Shown here piece by piece: positions 18,001 to 27,352 of a stretch of DNA of 64,000 bases. Both the position numbers and the translations under genes were made by a program. Within the stretch, counting starts at the first letter, position 1. Each line of letters begins with the position of its first letter. Source of the DNA: Bacteroidales bacterium UBA1184 (GTDB taxonomy: Bacteria; Bacteroidota; Bacteroidia; Bacteroidales; ML635J-15); contig DBYO01000035.1 of NCBI GenBank assembly GCA_002310235.1, positions 418 through 64,417 on the forward strand, given 5' to 3'. The notes beneath the pieces were generated by a model. It was not told the origin of the DNA and did no database searches. It was given only the letters and a program-made list of their open reading frames with translations.

Positions 18001-19684
18001 GGTTTGTCCTGTTAGTACAAATCAGGTCGGGGATGCTAGCAATTGTAGGTGTGGGGCGAATACAGCAGTTGACATTTTCGTATTCCAGCACTGTAACATA
18101 CAATGTAGTATCGTAAGTACAACCAAAATTATCGGTAGCCGAAAAAGTATAAGCCGTCTGACCCGGTGTTGTCGGATTTGCAATATTATTTGCAGCAAGG
18201 CCCTCGTTTGCCACCTCTGAACCTTCCCACCACAACTGATCATCGTAGGTGTTCTGGAACGAAATCACACTATCTGCGGACGGAATAAGGTAATCGGCAA
18301 AGTGAAACTCTGTCAGGAACACGGTTCCATCATCGGCTGGAAGGTAGTCGATAAATATAATACACCATTCGCCATTGATTGGACAACCTATTAAATTGCT
18401 GAAGTTATCAACTGGCTGATAGTATCCAGATGGCAAAGGATTACTATAACTAGGACAGTTTGCCGACATTAGTCCATTATTGTTACTCATTGACCAATAA
18501 TAGTCATATCCTACACCTACCCACTGATCTCCGTCGAGACAGGAGTTGGTACCTACATCATCATAATCGACAGCCTCTCCGAAGTATCCTCCGCCACAAG
18601 ACTGAGTAAACAATGTAACACGTTGACCGCTAGGACACTGGATCAATATATCAAGGTCACCCATCCACGAATGCTCCATTTGCATACCGATTGATTCTAT
18701 ATCGTTTGCAGACTGGATGACCTGTCCAGGAGCAAATTCTGTATAATAGAAACAACTCACCTGCTCTTGGTCCTCATGCTCATCGTCGAAGCAATGCTGC
18801 TCGTAGTTTACCTCTTGAATAGTCATCTGCCACTCATCGGGAGGAACAACAACACCTGTGAGTTGCACATCCTGACCTGGGCAAACTTCGGGCGTGACGG
18901 TAGTACCTGTAAATGTTGGCGGTACAGAAATATATACAGTCACAGTGTTAGAAACCGCTGTACATCCGATATTATCGGTAACCCTCAAAGAGTAAAAATA
19001 AGCGCCAGGAGCAAGAGGTTCGGCAAGTTCCCACAAGCCAACACCTTCGAAAACTTGATTTCCCTGATCGCTAAGAGCATTCCATGTATATGTCGCTGTT
19101 TCAGCCGACTGGTGATAATTTTCATCGTTGTGGTTGAAAATTACTTCAGAAGAAACTATACCGCCAGAACAACCCAAGTAAGCCTCTTCGGCAACGCTAT
19201 ATTCAGCCTCGGGTGTAATACTAACAGTAAAATCCTGACAAGGAACACCACATGAAATATTTATCTGGAATCCTGAGCTAATAACAGAACCATCGCTGCG
19301 CCAATATATTGTAAGACAGTTACCCGGAGTTGATGAGTAAGGTTGGTCAGCAGGAATAGTAGTTCCACCTACCGTAGCTAAAAGAGTACCTCCTGTATTC
19401 GGACCATCATAAAACTTTAAATAGTCATAGCTTACACTTTCTGTATTCAAATACACTATTTCTGCAATAACTGGTGCATTAGGAATTTCGGAACAGAACG
19501 TAATAGTATAAGTCTCACTGGTTGAATAGTTGCCGTTAGGACCTCCAGAATCGTACAATGTTGCATTACAGGTAGTTACCGTTCTACCATTGGTTGTACT
19601 ATTAAGATTGTAGGTCTGCGCCATTGTCTCAAAACCGTACAACAGGAACAAGGTTGACAATAATATGTATATAATCTTTTTCAT
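15077..19684 (-). CDS. Very large T9SS type B cargo (adhesin-like): CUB-like domain, proprotein-convertase P-domain-like, SprB/HYR-like and PKD repeats, gliding-motility-type C-terminal domain
   Basis: The ORF is 1535 aa. Its N-terminus reads CNATLYDSGGPNGNY...LKFYDGPN (CUB-like), followed by MEHSWMGDLDILIQCPSG (P-domain-like). Repeated units of the type C.G..DG.I.V...GG..PY.Y.W follow. A PKD-like segment reads FGDNDYAEE..HTYSKPGTYDV. The C-terminus reads FTPNGDGLNDCFRI...VYDRWGELVF. Confidence 0.88.
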   Translation of the reverse strand: MKKIIYILLSTLFLLYGFETMAQTYNLNSTTNGRTVTTCNATLYDSGGPNGNYSTSETYTITFCSEIPNAPVIAEIVYLNTESVSYDYLKFYDGPNTGGTLLATVGGTTIPADQPYSSTPGNCLTIYWRSDGSVISSGFQINISCGVPCQDFTVSITPEAEYSVAEEAYLGCSGGIVSSEVIFNHNDENYHQSAETATYTWNALSDQGNQVFEGVGLWELAEPLAPGAYFYSLRVTDNIGCTAVSNTVTVYISVPPTFTGTTVTPEVCPGQDVQLTGVVVPPDEWQMTIQEVNYEQHCFDDEHEDQEQVSCFYYTEFAPGQVIQSANDIESIGMQMEHSWMGDLDILIQCPSGQRVTLFTQSCGGGYFGEAVDYDDVGTNSCLDGDQWVGVGYDYYWSMSNNNGLMSANCPSYSNPLPSGYYQPVDNFSNLIGCPINGEWCIIFIDYLPADDGTVFLTEFHFADYLIPSADSVISFQNTYDDQLWWEGSEVANEGLAANNIANPTTPGQTAYTFSATDNFGCTYDTTLYVTVLEYENVNCCIRPTPTIASIPDLICTNRTNLSAQNVPNGNTGEWTVVAYPNGDDVNNSATFNNPNSPNTQVTVNGWGTYTFRWTEKYLGRDDCVDVAEVTTTFQQQPTNTFTYTPISCFGDETSITYIGNMDANANFTWSFEGAFVQQGATPLGPHQVSWQTAGTHGVTLTVENNGCITSDTLVSILNPEQLVIDSITVVDDPCYHSNGGSAVVVHHGGTAPITYSWAAPGTELLNAGAGNYTLTITDANGCTDQHNYVISEPLELVIQTVTSTNLTCYGSQDGTISVFAGGGTGELRYMWADMGLGAPDRVGLSAGEYYLTVVDENNCSDERFVALTQPERLFITMTTDYAVCEGEPTPVRVDAFGGTTPYRYNWNTGSGDFEANAEISNFLTTTTHYTAYVRDDHNCVSNVETMTVTVSPKMVIDSIMLRQIKCYGHCDGRAELALRGGLPPLQYTWPSDTYIYDGICSGAYTVTVSDLIGCSVIGSFVITQPVDFIISRSMDSVSCNGGNDGEARIFVDGATPPYTYLWPNGNTTDIFTASAGAYNVTVHDSNGCRYTEEFVIPEPEPLVALPIDNRTICKGQSAFLTTAVTGGSPYYDYRWSGSDSVLYNGTMYEVAPKETSTYTLTVYDSHGCSIEMAPVTVTVNPDLRIASVLTSYDTICRGDEALIYVEADGGNGGPYTLTLQDGRVVPSPFTVRPDSTTMFYISLSDMCGTPSVTDSIEIFVHGYPDELFTATNVEGCAPLTVSFTPLTLEGSQYMWQFGDNDYAEENVVDHTYSKPGTYDVTMRVQSEYGCEIEKTVPDMVHVYPRPRALFDADMQSVSVLSAEVLFVNRSIDANRYFWFFGDQDSSTYESPRHTYSEMGEYEVILVAQSDHYCTDTTSRFITVYNQFSFYAPTSFTPNGDGLNDCFRICGNGITNNNFLLTVYDRWGELVFRTTRFDPSASCDACSDGAWDGTDMGSKRKGDKVLENGIYQWYCQFEDVYGISHREQGTVNMVR

Positions 19685-20115
19685 CTTCCTAAGTATTTAT
19701 TGTATTTATCAGCAAGTTTCGAAGAAGAGTACACGCAAACCACATATCCTGTATCTCCTATCCTATACACTGTTGATTTATCCATTTTTATATCGAAATC
19801 GTATGCCATAATATTGAAGCTAGCTTCATCGTAAGCCACCTCAATTTCGCCTGCTTCTTTTGTATCCTTGTCGAAAAATCTCAAAAACGGGTATTTCTGA
19901 GCCTCATCTATACCTGATTTTTTAACAACAAAACCGTTATTAGCAAACCAATTCCAGTATTCGATCTCTTGTGGAGACAAACTGAGCATATTATTAATAT
20001 CCTCGGTCTGGAATTTTGAATACAGTTTGTTGTCGGGTACAACACTTGCCTGTTGTTGTGCAAAAACATTTGCCACAACAACAAGAGAAATAAGCGATAT
20101 CAATATTTTTTTCAT
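19681..20115 (-). CDS. Secreted hypothetical protein, translationally coupled to the T9SS cargo gene
   Basis: The 144-aa ORF has the signal peptide MKKILISLISLVVVANVFAQ. Its stop overlaps the next start (ATGA at 19681-19684). I did not recognise a family. Confidence 0.6.
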   Translation of the reverse strand: MKKILISLISLVVVANVFAQQQASVVPDNKLYSKFQTEDINNMLSLSPQEIEYWNWFANNGFVVKKSGIDEAQKYPFLRFFDKDTKEAGEIEVAYDEASFNIMAYDFDIKMDKSTVYRIGDTGYVVCVYSSSKLADKYNKYLGR

Positions 20116-20245
20116 GTTTCAGAAATTTTAATTCAATAGTAAAACGCATAAAATGCCATAGGGTTGCCTAACTGTGAAAAAAAATTTTTCACAAAGCACA
20201 ATACACATTTTACAACTTGCAAAGATATAAAAAAATTTTTCATAA

Positions 20246-20275
20246 CAAAAAAAGGGACTGAAAATTCAGTCCCTT
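20246..20275 (-). terminator. Rho-independent terminator after the exbB-exbD operon
   Basis: The minus strand reads aagggactg-aatttt-cagtccc followed by ttttttt. Confidence 0.75.
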
Positions 20276-20299
20276 ATATTTTTCGATATGAGATTAGAT

Positions 20300-20779
20300 T
20301 TAATAACCCATATCCTGGCGTGCAGAGTAATTAATCTTCAATGCACTTGCTTTTCTTAATTCCTGCTTGATATCGGTTATGATACCCATTTTTGTATCCT
20401 TGTGAACCTTTAGTGAAGTAGTCATGAATGGAACTTCAGCTTCGTCTCTTTCAGCACGTTCGGCGAGTATGTACTCGTATATATCCGACAATTCGGCGAA
20501 AGAAGAGTTCAACTGGATCTTTGGTTCGGTACCGTATATCTTCTGGTACTGCTGCAATGGTTTACCAACATATATGTAGCTTACCAGCGACTTCTTTTCA
20601 AGCTTCTTGATTTCGGTTGCAGTCGGTAAGTCGGAACCTTTGAGTTCGATCATAAGTTCGACTTCACGCATGGTAGTAGAAACCATGAAGAAGAAAAGGA
20701 TCATGAATACGATATCGGGCAAAGATGCTGTAGAAATAGCACCTAAGGTTTTCTTTTTCTTTTTTCCCATTACAGCCAT
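20300..20779 (-). CDS. exbD: Biopolymer transport protein ExbD/TolR
   Basis: The 159-aa ORF has a basic N-terminus, a single TM segment (LPDIVFMILFFFMVSTT) and a periplasmic domain. It sits in an exbB cluster. Confidence 0.85.
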   Translation of the reverse strand: MAVMGKKKKKTLGAISTASLPDIVFMILFFFMVSTTMREVELMIELKGSDLPTATEIKKLEKKSLVSYIYVGKPLQQYQKIYGTEPKIQLNSSFAELSDIYEYILAERAERDEAEVPFMTTSLKVHKDTKMGIITDIKQELRKASALKINYSARQDMGY

Positions 20780-21369
20780 TATTCTTTTCCTCCATAATTT
20801 TTAGGTTCTGCTTCGGAGATACGCTGAGGATAAATCTTTCTGATAGCTCCCTGTTGTTCATCGCTAAGCTCATCGTATGGCTTATTGAAGTACTTTTTGG
20901 AGGCCTCGTTACGTATCTCATTGTAAGCTGCAACCAATTCGTTCTGAACTTCGATATACCGACCATAAGTAGTACCACGGTCGTTCTGCAGGGATATAAT
21001 ACCCTTCGATGTCTTAACTGTACCTTTTATTCCTTCTACAGTTATTTCCTCCATCTCGGGAAGCGTAGGATCGTCGTCTCTATCGCAATTGATGAATCTC
21101 TTTGCATCTTCGCGAAGGTCTTCGAGATTATTCACCCATTCGCCATTTACAACTATGTTTCCCCTTGAGTTAACCTGTACCAAGTAAGCGTTACGCTTGT
21201 TGACCTCTGCATCGGTCTTCTGGTCCTTATTCTCCGGGATAGGTGGCAACTGGCGCTGGATACCGGTATCGACATCCATAGTAGTCGTCACTAGGAAGAA
21301 AATAAGCAACAAGAAAGCGATATCCGCCATGGAACTTGCGTTAATTTCCGGGGTTGATCTTTTTGCCAT
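20779..21369 (-). CDS. exbD: Biopolymer transport protein ExbD/TolR (second copy)
   Basis: The 196-aa ORF starts with the typical ExbD N-terminus INASSMADIAFLLLIFFLVTTTM. Confidence 0.85.
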   Translation of the reverse strand: MAKRSTPEINASSMADIAFLLLIFFLVTTTMDVDTGIQRQLPPIPENKDQKTDAEVNKRNAYLVQVNSRGNIVVNGEWVNNLEDLREDAKRFINCDRDDDPTLPEMEEITVEGIKGTVKTSKGIISLQNDRGTTYGRYIEVQNELVAAYNEIRNEASKKYFNKPYDELSDEQQGAIRKIYPQRISEAEPKNYGGKE

Positions 21370-21395
21370 AATAATACCCTTTTAAAAATTAACAA

Positions 21396-21920
21396 TTACT
21401 TCCACAATCTTGATACGGCACCATAAATAAGGGCCAAAATAGCTGCTGCACCAGCAATGTAAGTCATCCACAGACCAGCTTCAGCCAGCTTGATGTCACT
21501 GGAGGCTTCACCTGGCACATAACCGGCTTTTTGGATACCTATTGTATTAGGAGCAATACCATCTGCCAATGACCATGAAATGATAACAACAACAGCTATT
21601 GCCACCAAAACGATAGCAGGCTTTATCAACGACTTAGGAGAAGCAATACCGTCAGCTACTACACCGCCAATTTCAAAAACAACAAACATTGCAGCGCATA
21701 ATAGTGCCAAAAATTCGCAGGCGTACATTATAAAGCCGCCCCAATTGGTCGCTGCCGCATCAACGCCTTCAATTTTCTCGGCGCCAGTTGCTCCATCAAG
21801 AGCATCCATGGCTGCCTGCATCTCAGACGCCTCGCCTGGCAGTACAAAGAACAGCACAGATATAACTGCAGCCGCTCCTAATACGACCCAACCTAATATT
21901 TTAACTATTTTCTCTAACAT
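21396..21920 (-). CDS. Small polytopic membrane protein of the exbB-exbD cluster (hypothetical)
   Basis: The 174-aa ORF has about 4 hydrophobic segments. Its position between exbB and exbD is common in Bacteroidota clusters. Confidence 0.6.
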   Translation of the reverse strand: MLEKIVKILGWVVLGAAAVISVLFFVLPGEASEMQAAMDALDGATGAEKIEGVDAAATNWGGFIMYACEFLALLCAAMFVVFEIGGVVADGIASPKSLIKPAIVLVAIAVVVIISWSLADGIAPNTIGIQKAGYVPGEASSDIKLAEAGLWMTYIAGAAAILALIYGAVSRLWK

Positions 21921-21946
21921 CTCTGTAATTTTTTAATTGACGACAA

Positions 21947-22756
21947 TTAATTATTAGCCTTTCTTTCGTAATCTACAAGGATATCAACGAGTGAAATCGA
22001 TGCATCTTCCATTGTGTTAACCAATGTATCGATCTTACCAAGGATATAGTTGTAGAACACCTGAAGGATCATAGCACCGATCAAACCGCCTACGGTTGTG
22101 ATAAGAGCGACCTTGATACCACCAGCAACAACTGCAGGGTTGATATCACCAGCAGCCTCGATAGCGTCGAATGCGCCGATCATACCGATAACCGTACCCA
22201 TGAATCCCAACATAGGAAGAAGTGCGATGAACAATGAAATCCAAGTCAAACCCTTTTCCATCTGACCCATCTGTACAGAACCATAAGAAACAACCGACTT
22301 TTCAACCATGTCGATGCCATCCGGGTATCTTGAAAGACCCTGATAGAAGATGCTAGCTACAGGACCACGAGTATTGCGGCAAACATCCATTGCTGCGTCA
22401 ACACCGCCTTCGTTCAATGCGTTCTCTATCTTAGTCAACAACTTCTTTGTATTTACAGTAGCAAGGTTCAAGTAGATGATTCTTTCGAAAGCGATAGCCA
22501 AACCGAGAATCAAAGCTACAAGCAAGAATCCCATAAATATAGGACCACCTTCGATGATCTTAATCTTCAACTGCTGGTGGAACGGCTTTTCTTCTGTTGC
22601 TTCAGGAACAGTTTCATCGCCTGCTACAGGTTCATCCTGTGCAACTTCGGTTTGTGCCGGAGCAGCCTGCTCTTCTGTCTTTTCGTCTTGTGCAAATGTA
22701 GCGGTTGCAAAAGTCAGCAAACCTGCCAATGTAAGTAACGAGATTAACTTTTTCAT
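21947..22756 (-). CDS. exbB: MotA/TolQ/ExbB proton-channel family protein
   Basis: The 269-aa ORF has a signal/acidic N-terminal extension, then TM segments and LPMLGFMGTVIGMIGAF..AGGIKVALITTVGGLI. Confidence 0.9.
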   Translation of the reverse strand: MKKLISLLTLAGLLTFATATFAQDEKTEEQAAPAQTEVAQDEPVAGDETVPEATEEKPFHQQLKIKIIEGGPIFMGFLLVALILGLAIAFERIIYLNLATVNTKKLLTKIENALNEGGVDAAMDVCRNTRGPVASIFYQGLSRYPDGIDMVEKSVVSYGSVQMGQMEKGLTWISLFIALLPMLGFMGTVIGMIGAFDAIEAAGDINPAVVAGGIKVALITTVGGLIGAMILQVFYNYILGKIDTLVNTMEDASISLVDILVDYERKANN

Positions 22757-22847
22757 GACTAAATTCTGTTTTTAATTAATTTAATTCTAATTCTTATTTA
22801 TACCTATTTTATTTATTCAATGTTCAATTAAACGTTCAATCCCAATC

Positions 22848-22940
22848 TGGCGGAGAGAGTGGGATTCGAACCCACGATACGGCTTCACGCCGCATACACA
22901 CTTTCCAGGCGTGCGCCTTCAACCGCTCGGCCATCTCTCC
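22848..22940 (-). tRNA. tRNA-Ser (anticodon GGA), type II with long variable arm, CCA encoded
   Basis: The reverse complement is GGAGAGATGGCCGAGCGGTTGAAGGCGCACGCCTGGAAAGTGTG...GGTTCGAATCCCACTCTCTCCGCCA. The anticodon loop is CTGGAAA. Confidence 0.93.
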
Positions 22941-23082
22941 AGTGCGCCCAAAAAGGACTTGCAAAGTAATGAATTATTTAAGTGAAATAAAAATTTTTAA
23001 TCATTTTTTTTCATGTTTTTTTGCAAAGATTGTGCTTTCTATTGCAAAATTACCATGCAACATTTTGACAAACAAACATATA

Positions 23083-23862
23083 CTACTGTGCAATCCTAAA
23101 AAGTTTTTTCGCATTTTCAGATGTGATTTCACAAACTTTACCATAGTCGAGTTCCAAAAGCGACGACAATTTTTCGGCAACACACGACACAAAAGCCGGC
23201 TCGTTGCGCTTTCCCCTATGTGGGACTGGGGCGAGATAAGGAGAATCGGTCTCGAGAAGAATGCTCGCAAGCGGAACTTTTGCCACCACCTCCGGCAAAG
23301 TCGATTTCTTGTAGGTAAGCACCCCTCCTACACCTATATAAAAACCCATGCCAATGACACGATTTGCCGCCTCATAATCCTCCGAGAAACAATGAAATAC
23401 ACCAGTAAGTCCACTATCTTTGTAAGCCGACATGACATCCATTATATTCGAAAAAGCATTTCGGCAATGAATGATAACTGGGAAGTTCTTATCCTTGGCA
23501 TACGACAACTGATAATCAAAAACTTCCATCTGTTCTTTCAGATAAGTGTCGTCCCAATACAGGTCCATGCCAATCTCCCCTATTGCCACGATATTGGGCA
23601 ATGAATCGAATGTTGATTCAGAAAAAACAGCATCGAGTTCTCTCTTGAAATCGGCATTTACCGACGTGGGATGCAAACCATTCGCCACATAGAAATAATT
23701 TGTATCGGTTATAGCTAATGCCGAAAGCCTTTCTATCGAAGAACTGTCGATATTGGGCAGAATTATCTTCCCGACACCTGCCTCCTTAGCCCTCTTAAGA
23801 GCATCAGACCTATCGTCGTCGAACTCCTCGGAATAAATATGCGAATGTGTATCTATAAGCAT
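23083..23862 (-). CDS. tatD: TatD-family metal-dependent hydrolase
   Basis: The 259-aa ORF has MLIDTHSHIY, ...GLHP, IGEIGMDLYW, VIIHCR, GVFHCF and LLETDSPYL. Confidence 0.9.
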   Translation of the reverse strand: MLIDTHSHIYSEEFDDDRSDALKRAKEAGVGKIILPNIDSSSIERLSALAITDTNYFYVANGLHPTSVNADFKRELDAVFSESTFDSLPNIVAIGEIGMDLYWDDTYLKEQMEVFDYQLSYAKDKNFPVIIHCRNAFSNIMDVMSAYKDSGLTGVFHCFSEDYEAANRVIGMGFYIGVGGVLTYKKSTLPEVVAKVPLASILLETDSPYLAPVPHRGKRNEPAFVSCVAEKLSSLLELDYGKVCEITSENAKKLFRIAQ

Positions 23863-23867
23863 GATTA

Positions 23868-24986
23868 CTATCGCTTTAATGAGAAAATTTTACCGGGCAG
23901 CGACACTATTGCCCCTTTCATTTCTAGTTGCAACAATATAAGGCTCAACTCGTTGGGCGTAGTTTCGGTCTGACGGCGCAGGTTGTCGATATCCAGGAAC
24001 TCGTACTTAGAAAGCACATCAGTTACTTTTCTCTCATCGTCGGTCAACTCAAACTGAAAATCGAGCGTAGGCATTTTGCTCTGCGACTTTGACGTCCAGT
24101 TCATTATATACTCAAAATCGTCGAACGACTCACATAGGTTCGCTCGATTGGTCTTTATCAGTTTATTGCAACCACGGCTATAAGTCGATGTCACATTTCC
24201 TGGCAATGCAAACACATCTTTGTTATAGTTATTTGCGATATTGGCTGTGATAATTGAACCGCCTTTCTCGCCAGACTCCACCACAAGCAAGGCATCGCAC
24301 AACCCAGCGACTATTCTGTTTCGCTTCACAAAATTTGACGGATCTATCTTTGTTCCATGAGGAAAATCCGAAATCAAGGCACCATCGCACTCAACTATTT
24401 TGTCGGCGACCTTCTTATGTAACGACGGATATATTGTTTCAAGGCTATGTCCCAGCACCGCCCATGTTTTCAAATTATTTTTCAGAGCTGCCTTGTGAGC
24501 TGCCACATCAATGCCATAAGCAAGACCGCTTACTACAACCGCATCTGGGTATCTGTTTGCTAGTTCTGCAACAAACTCATTGCAGAACTCGACACCGTAT
24601 TTTGTAGCGTTACGGGTACCCACTATGCTGACAATATGCTTTGCCGTAAAATCGGGCATACCTTTATAATATAAGACAGACGGAGAATCGGCACACTCAC
24701 GCAACCGCTCTGGATAAGCCACATCGGCAAATGAAACAAAACCTATATCGTTGGCATATAAATACTTCAGCTCCTCCTCGGCGGCGACAAGAGCAGACTC
24801 AAAACTGGAATACAAGCGCGATGCCACAACTTCGCCAATCCCCTGCACCGACTGCAGCTGCTTGAACGAAGAATGAAACATATTCTTAGCTGAGCCAAAA
24901 TAGGAAATCAATTTCTTGGCATTGATGTCGCCTATTCCATGAACGAACGTAACGGCGACGTCGTAAAGTCTGTCGTCGTCAAGCAT
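23868..24986 (-). CDS. dprA: DNA-processing protein DprA (Smf)
   Basis: The 372-aa ORF has GIGDINAKKLISYFGS, VSGLAYGIDVAAHKAAL and VVESGEKGGSIITA, plus a C-terminal winged-helix-like tail. Confidence 0.9.
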   Translation of the reverse strand: MLDDDRLYDVAVTFVHGIGDINAKKLISYFGSAKNMFHSSFKQLQSVQGIGEVVASRLYSSFESALVAAEEELKYLYANDIGFVSFADVAYPERLRECADSPSVLYYKGMPDFTAKHIVSIVGTRNATKYGVEFCNEFVAELANRYPDAVVVSGLAYGIDVAAHKAALKNNLKTWAVLGHSLETIYPSLHKKVADKIVECDGALISDFPHGTKIDPSNFVKRNRIVAGLCDALLVVESGEKGGSIITANIANNYNKDVFALPGNVTSTYSRGCNKLIKTNRANLCESFDDFEYIMNWTSKSQSKMPTLDFQFELTDDERKVTDVLSKYEFLDIDNLRRQTETTPNELSLILLQLEMKGAIVSLPGKIFSLKR

Positions 24987-24988
24987 GA

Positions 24989-25444
24989 CTATCTTTTAAG
25001 AGCCTCAAGGTCCGACATCATATCTTGCAGTTCGGTAGCCGACATTACAGAAACGCTTATCGGTTTGAACTTAGCAGTTCCATTTGGCGTTCTCACATAT
25101 ATTACAACCATTTTGCGCAGACCCATATGCGACTTTTCCAATTCAATGCTGACAAAATCCTTCTTAGGAATCTCCAGTTTAAAGTTTCCAGCCGAAAACA
25201 AGCCTAACGACGTGTATTTCAATATTATCTTGAAACCATCAGAATTATAATAAATGTAGTTGAACTTTTTTGCAAAAAGATAAACCTCAAGAAGCACAAA
25301 CAATCCGATACATGTATAGTCGAGTATATGCTTTGGCACCCATGTATAAATAAGGTCAAGCACAACAACAGCCACAAGCACCAGTATTACCAACATATAA
25401 CCGAGCTTTATCCGCGACGAAATCTCCTTAGTATCAATAATCAT
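24989..25444 (-). CDS. Hypothetical membrane protein (2 TM + small C-terminal domain)
   Basis: The 151-aa ORF is tightly packed with dprA (2-nt gap). I did not recognise a family. Confidence 0.55.
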   Translation of the reverse strand: MIIDTKEISSRIKLGYMLVILVLVAVVVLDLIYTWVPKHILDYTCIGLFVLLEVYLFAKKFNYIYYNSDGFKIILKYTSLGLFSAGNFKLEIPKKDFVSIELEKSHMGLRKMVVIYVRTPNGTAKFKPISVSVMSATELQDMMSDLEALKR

Positions 25445-25624
25445 AGCTATTCATTTTGTTATGGCACAAAGTTAATGCTATTTTTCCGAATAGGGACATT
25501 AACGTAACAATAAAACCTTTATTATTTTTTCACAAAAAAAAGGGCAAAAAAATTTTGTTAATAAAAATATTTGTGTTTACTTTGCCGTCTGTATCATTAG
25601 AAGTCTTATTTAGAATTGTAAAGT

Positions 25625-26413
25625 ATGAATACAAAAAAATTATTGGGTTATATGATTGCCATCTTAATGTTGGCACTTCCGTTAGTATTCTCAGGTTGTG
25701 GTAAAGTCGGTGATGAAGACCCATTTTTGTCGTTCCGCAGCAGGAAAGCTAGACTTTGTGGTAATTGGACAGTAACACATTTCACCTCCGAGATTCTAAA
25801 AAAAGAAAATAACATAAGCACAAATATCGTAACAACAGTAGAAGGTGATTCTTGGAAACAAGTTATAACAATTCCGAGTTCAGATAGTACCAGAACCTTG
25901 TCAGGCAAAATCGCTAAAGACGCAGGACAGGAAGAAGGCGCATACACATTTACCTTCGACAAGAACGGAAATGCCAAGATGGTATATAAGTATGAATTCG
26001 ACGAAGACCAATCAAGCGAAGATGACGACCAATCAACAATCCTCAGAACCGAAGTTTCTGAAGAAATGATTGGCAAATGGGAATTCGTGGGAGGAATTGA
26101 CAACGATTACAAAAACAAGGAAAGAATTTCGTTTATAATTGAATCACAAAAGACCACAACAAAAGAATGGGAGATAATTTCAAGCGATGACGAAGGTGGA
26201 GCAACTCTTCCTCACCTCTTATCATCAAGCACCATAAGCGATAGTTATGCTAATGGCGAAATGAGTATTATATACCAGATTGTAGAACTTCGCAACAAGG
26301 AAATTAAGCTCCATCAGGATATCAACACATTCCACTTGAGAAGCAACAATAGCTCAGCTGAAGCATATCAGACAATTGGTTTTGAAAACATCACTATGGA
26401 ACCAAGAAAATAA
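25625..26413 (+). CDS. Hypothetical lipoprotein
   Basis: The 262-aa ORF has the lipobox LPLVFSGC and an acidic D/E/S tract. Confidence 0.65.
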   Translation: MNTKKLLGYMIAILMLALPLVFSGCGKVGDEDPFLSFRSRKARLCGNWTVTHFTSEILKKENNISTNIVTTVEGDSWKQVITIPSSDSTRTLSGKIAKDAGQEEGAYTFTFDKNGNAKMVYKYEFDEDQSSEDDDQSTILRTEVSEEMIGKWEFVGGIDNDYKNKERISFIIESQKTTTKEWEIISSDDEGGATLPHLLSSSTISDSYANGEMSIIYQIVELRNKEIKLHQDINTFHLRSNNSSAEAYQTIGFENITMEPRK

Positions 26414-26432
26414 GCGAAACAAAATCACACAT

Positions 26433-26466
26433 AAAAAAGGCTCGGAAAATCCGAGCCTTTTTATTT
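26433..26466. terminator. Bidirectional rho-independent terminator
   Basis: aaaaaaggctcgg-aaaat-ccgagcctttttattttt lies between convergent genes. Confidence 0.85.
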
Positions 26467-26479
26467 TTCACATACATTA

Positions 26480-27352
26480 CTACTTTACAATAATGTAATT
26501 GCGATACTGTCCTACGTGTAAACCTAATTTCTCAAAGAAAGCCTTTAGCTTATCCTTGAAACTTGTCCGATTGCAGGAAAGGTCGTAATCGAACTTCCAG
26601 TTGAGACGGGCAATCCTATCGAGCATGACCTGCGGATGAGTGCCATCGAACTTGCGCAACGAATCAATATTAGAATAGTCGAACTGATCGGCTTTCTGCA
26701 CGTTCTCCTCTATCCACTTTTCATCATGCCACAACTTATTGAAGTCCTCCTGCTTGCGCTGCATGGCAAACGGGTCTTTCACCCAACCATAATGATATAC
26801 GTACGCATCAATCGGCTTAACATTTAGCTTTTTGTCATCGTCCTTACGGAAGCCCTGAGCGTCACGGAAAGAATATATATTCTTGTTGTTGCGAACAATC
26901 CTTATTTCGTTTCTGTACCAATGGAACGAAGTTCCTACATAATCGTAAGAGCCATAAAAATGCATGTACTTGAAAAGTAGCCCATCAATTCTGGCATCGT
27001 CAAGATTTTGTTCCATCGCAGTCTTTATCGCTGGCAGATACATCTCGTGAACAACCTCGTCGCCCTGAATATAGAAACACCAATCGAAACTATCGTCGAT
27101 AGCACGAAAAGCCTTGTTGGTTTCAACTGCGAGCACTTTGCCCCCTTCGCGAAGCGAATCATCCCACACTGTATCAATGATTTCTATCTTTTCGGGACAA
27201 ATCTTCTCTATCAATTCACGAGTACCATCATCCGAATTTCCAACTGCGACAACAAACTTGTCACACAAAGGAAGAATTGATGTAATTGCCTCAACTACAG
27301 GATAATCATACTTTATCGCATTGCGAATGAATGTAAAACCACAAACTTTCAT
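26480..27352 (-). CDS. Family 2 glycosyltransferase
   Basis: The 290-aa ORF has CGFTFIRNA..YPV.E.I.S.LP.CD.FVV..G.SDDGT and an acidic DxD-like region (WDDS, QGDE). Confidence 0.8.
   Translation of the reverse strand: MKVCGFTFIRNAIKYDYPVVEAITSILPLCDKFVVAVGNSDDGTRELIEKICPEKIEIIDTVWDDSLREGGKVLAVETNKAFRAIDDSFDWCFYIQGDEVVHEMYLPAIKTAMEQNLDDARIDGLLFKYMHFYGSYDYVGTSFHWYRNEIRIVRNNKNIYSFRDAQGFRKDDDKKLNVKPIDAYVYHYGWVKDPFAMQRKQEDFNKLWHDEKWIEENVQKADQFDYSNIDSLRKFDGTHPQVMLDRIARLNWKFDYDLSCNRTSFKDKLKAFFEKLGLHVGQYRNYIIVK

Noticed and set aside
22942-23604. 220-aa + strand ORF downstream of tRNA-Ser
   Set aside because: Most of it is antisense to tatD, which has the full set of TatD metal-binding motifs.
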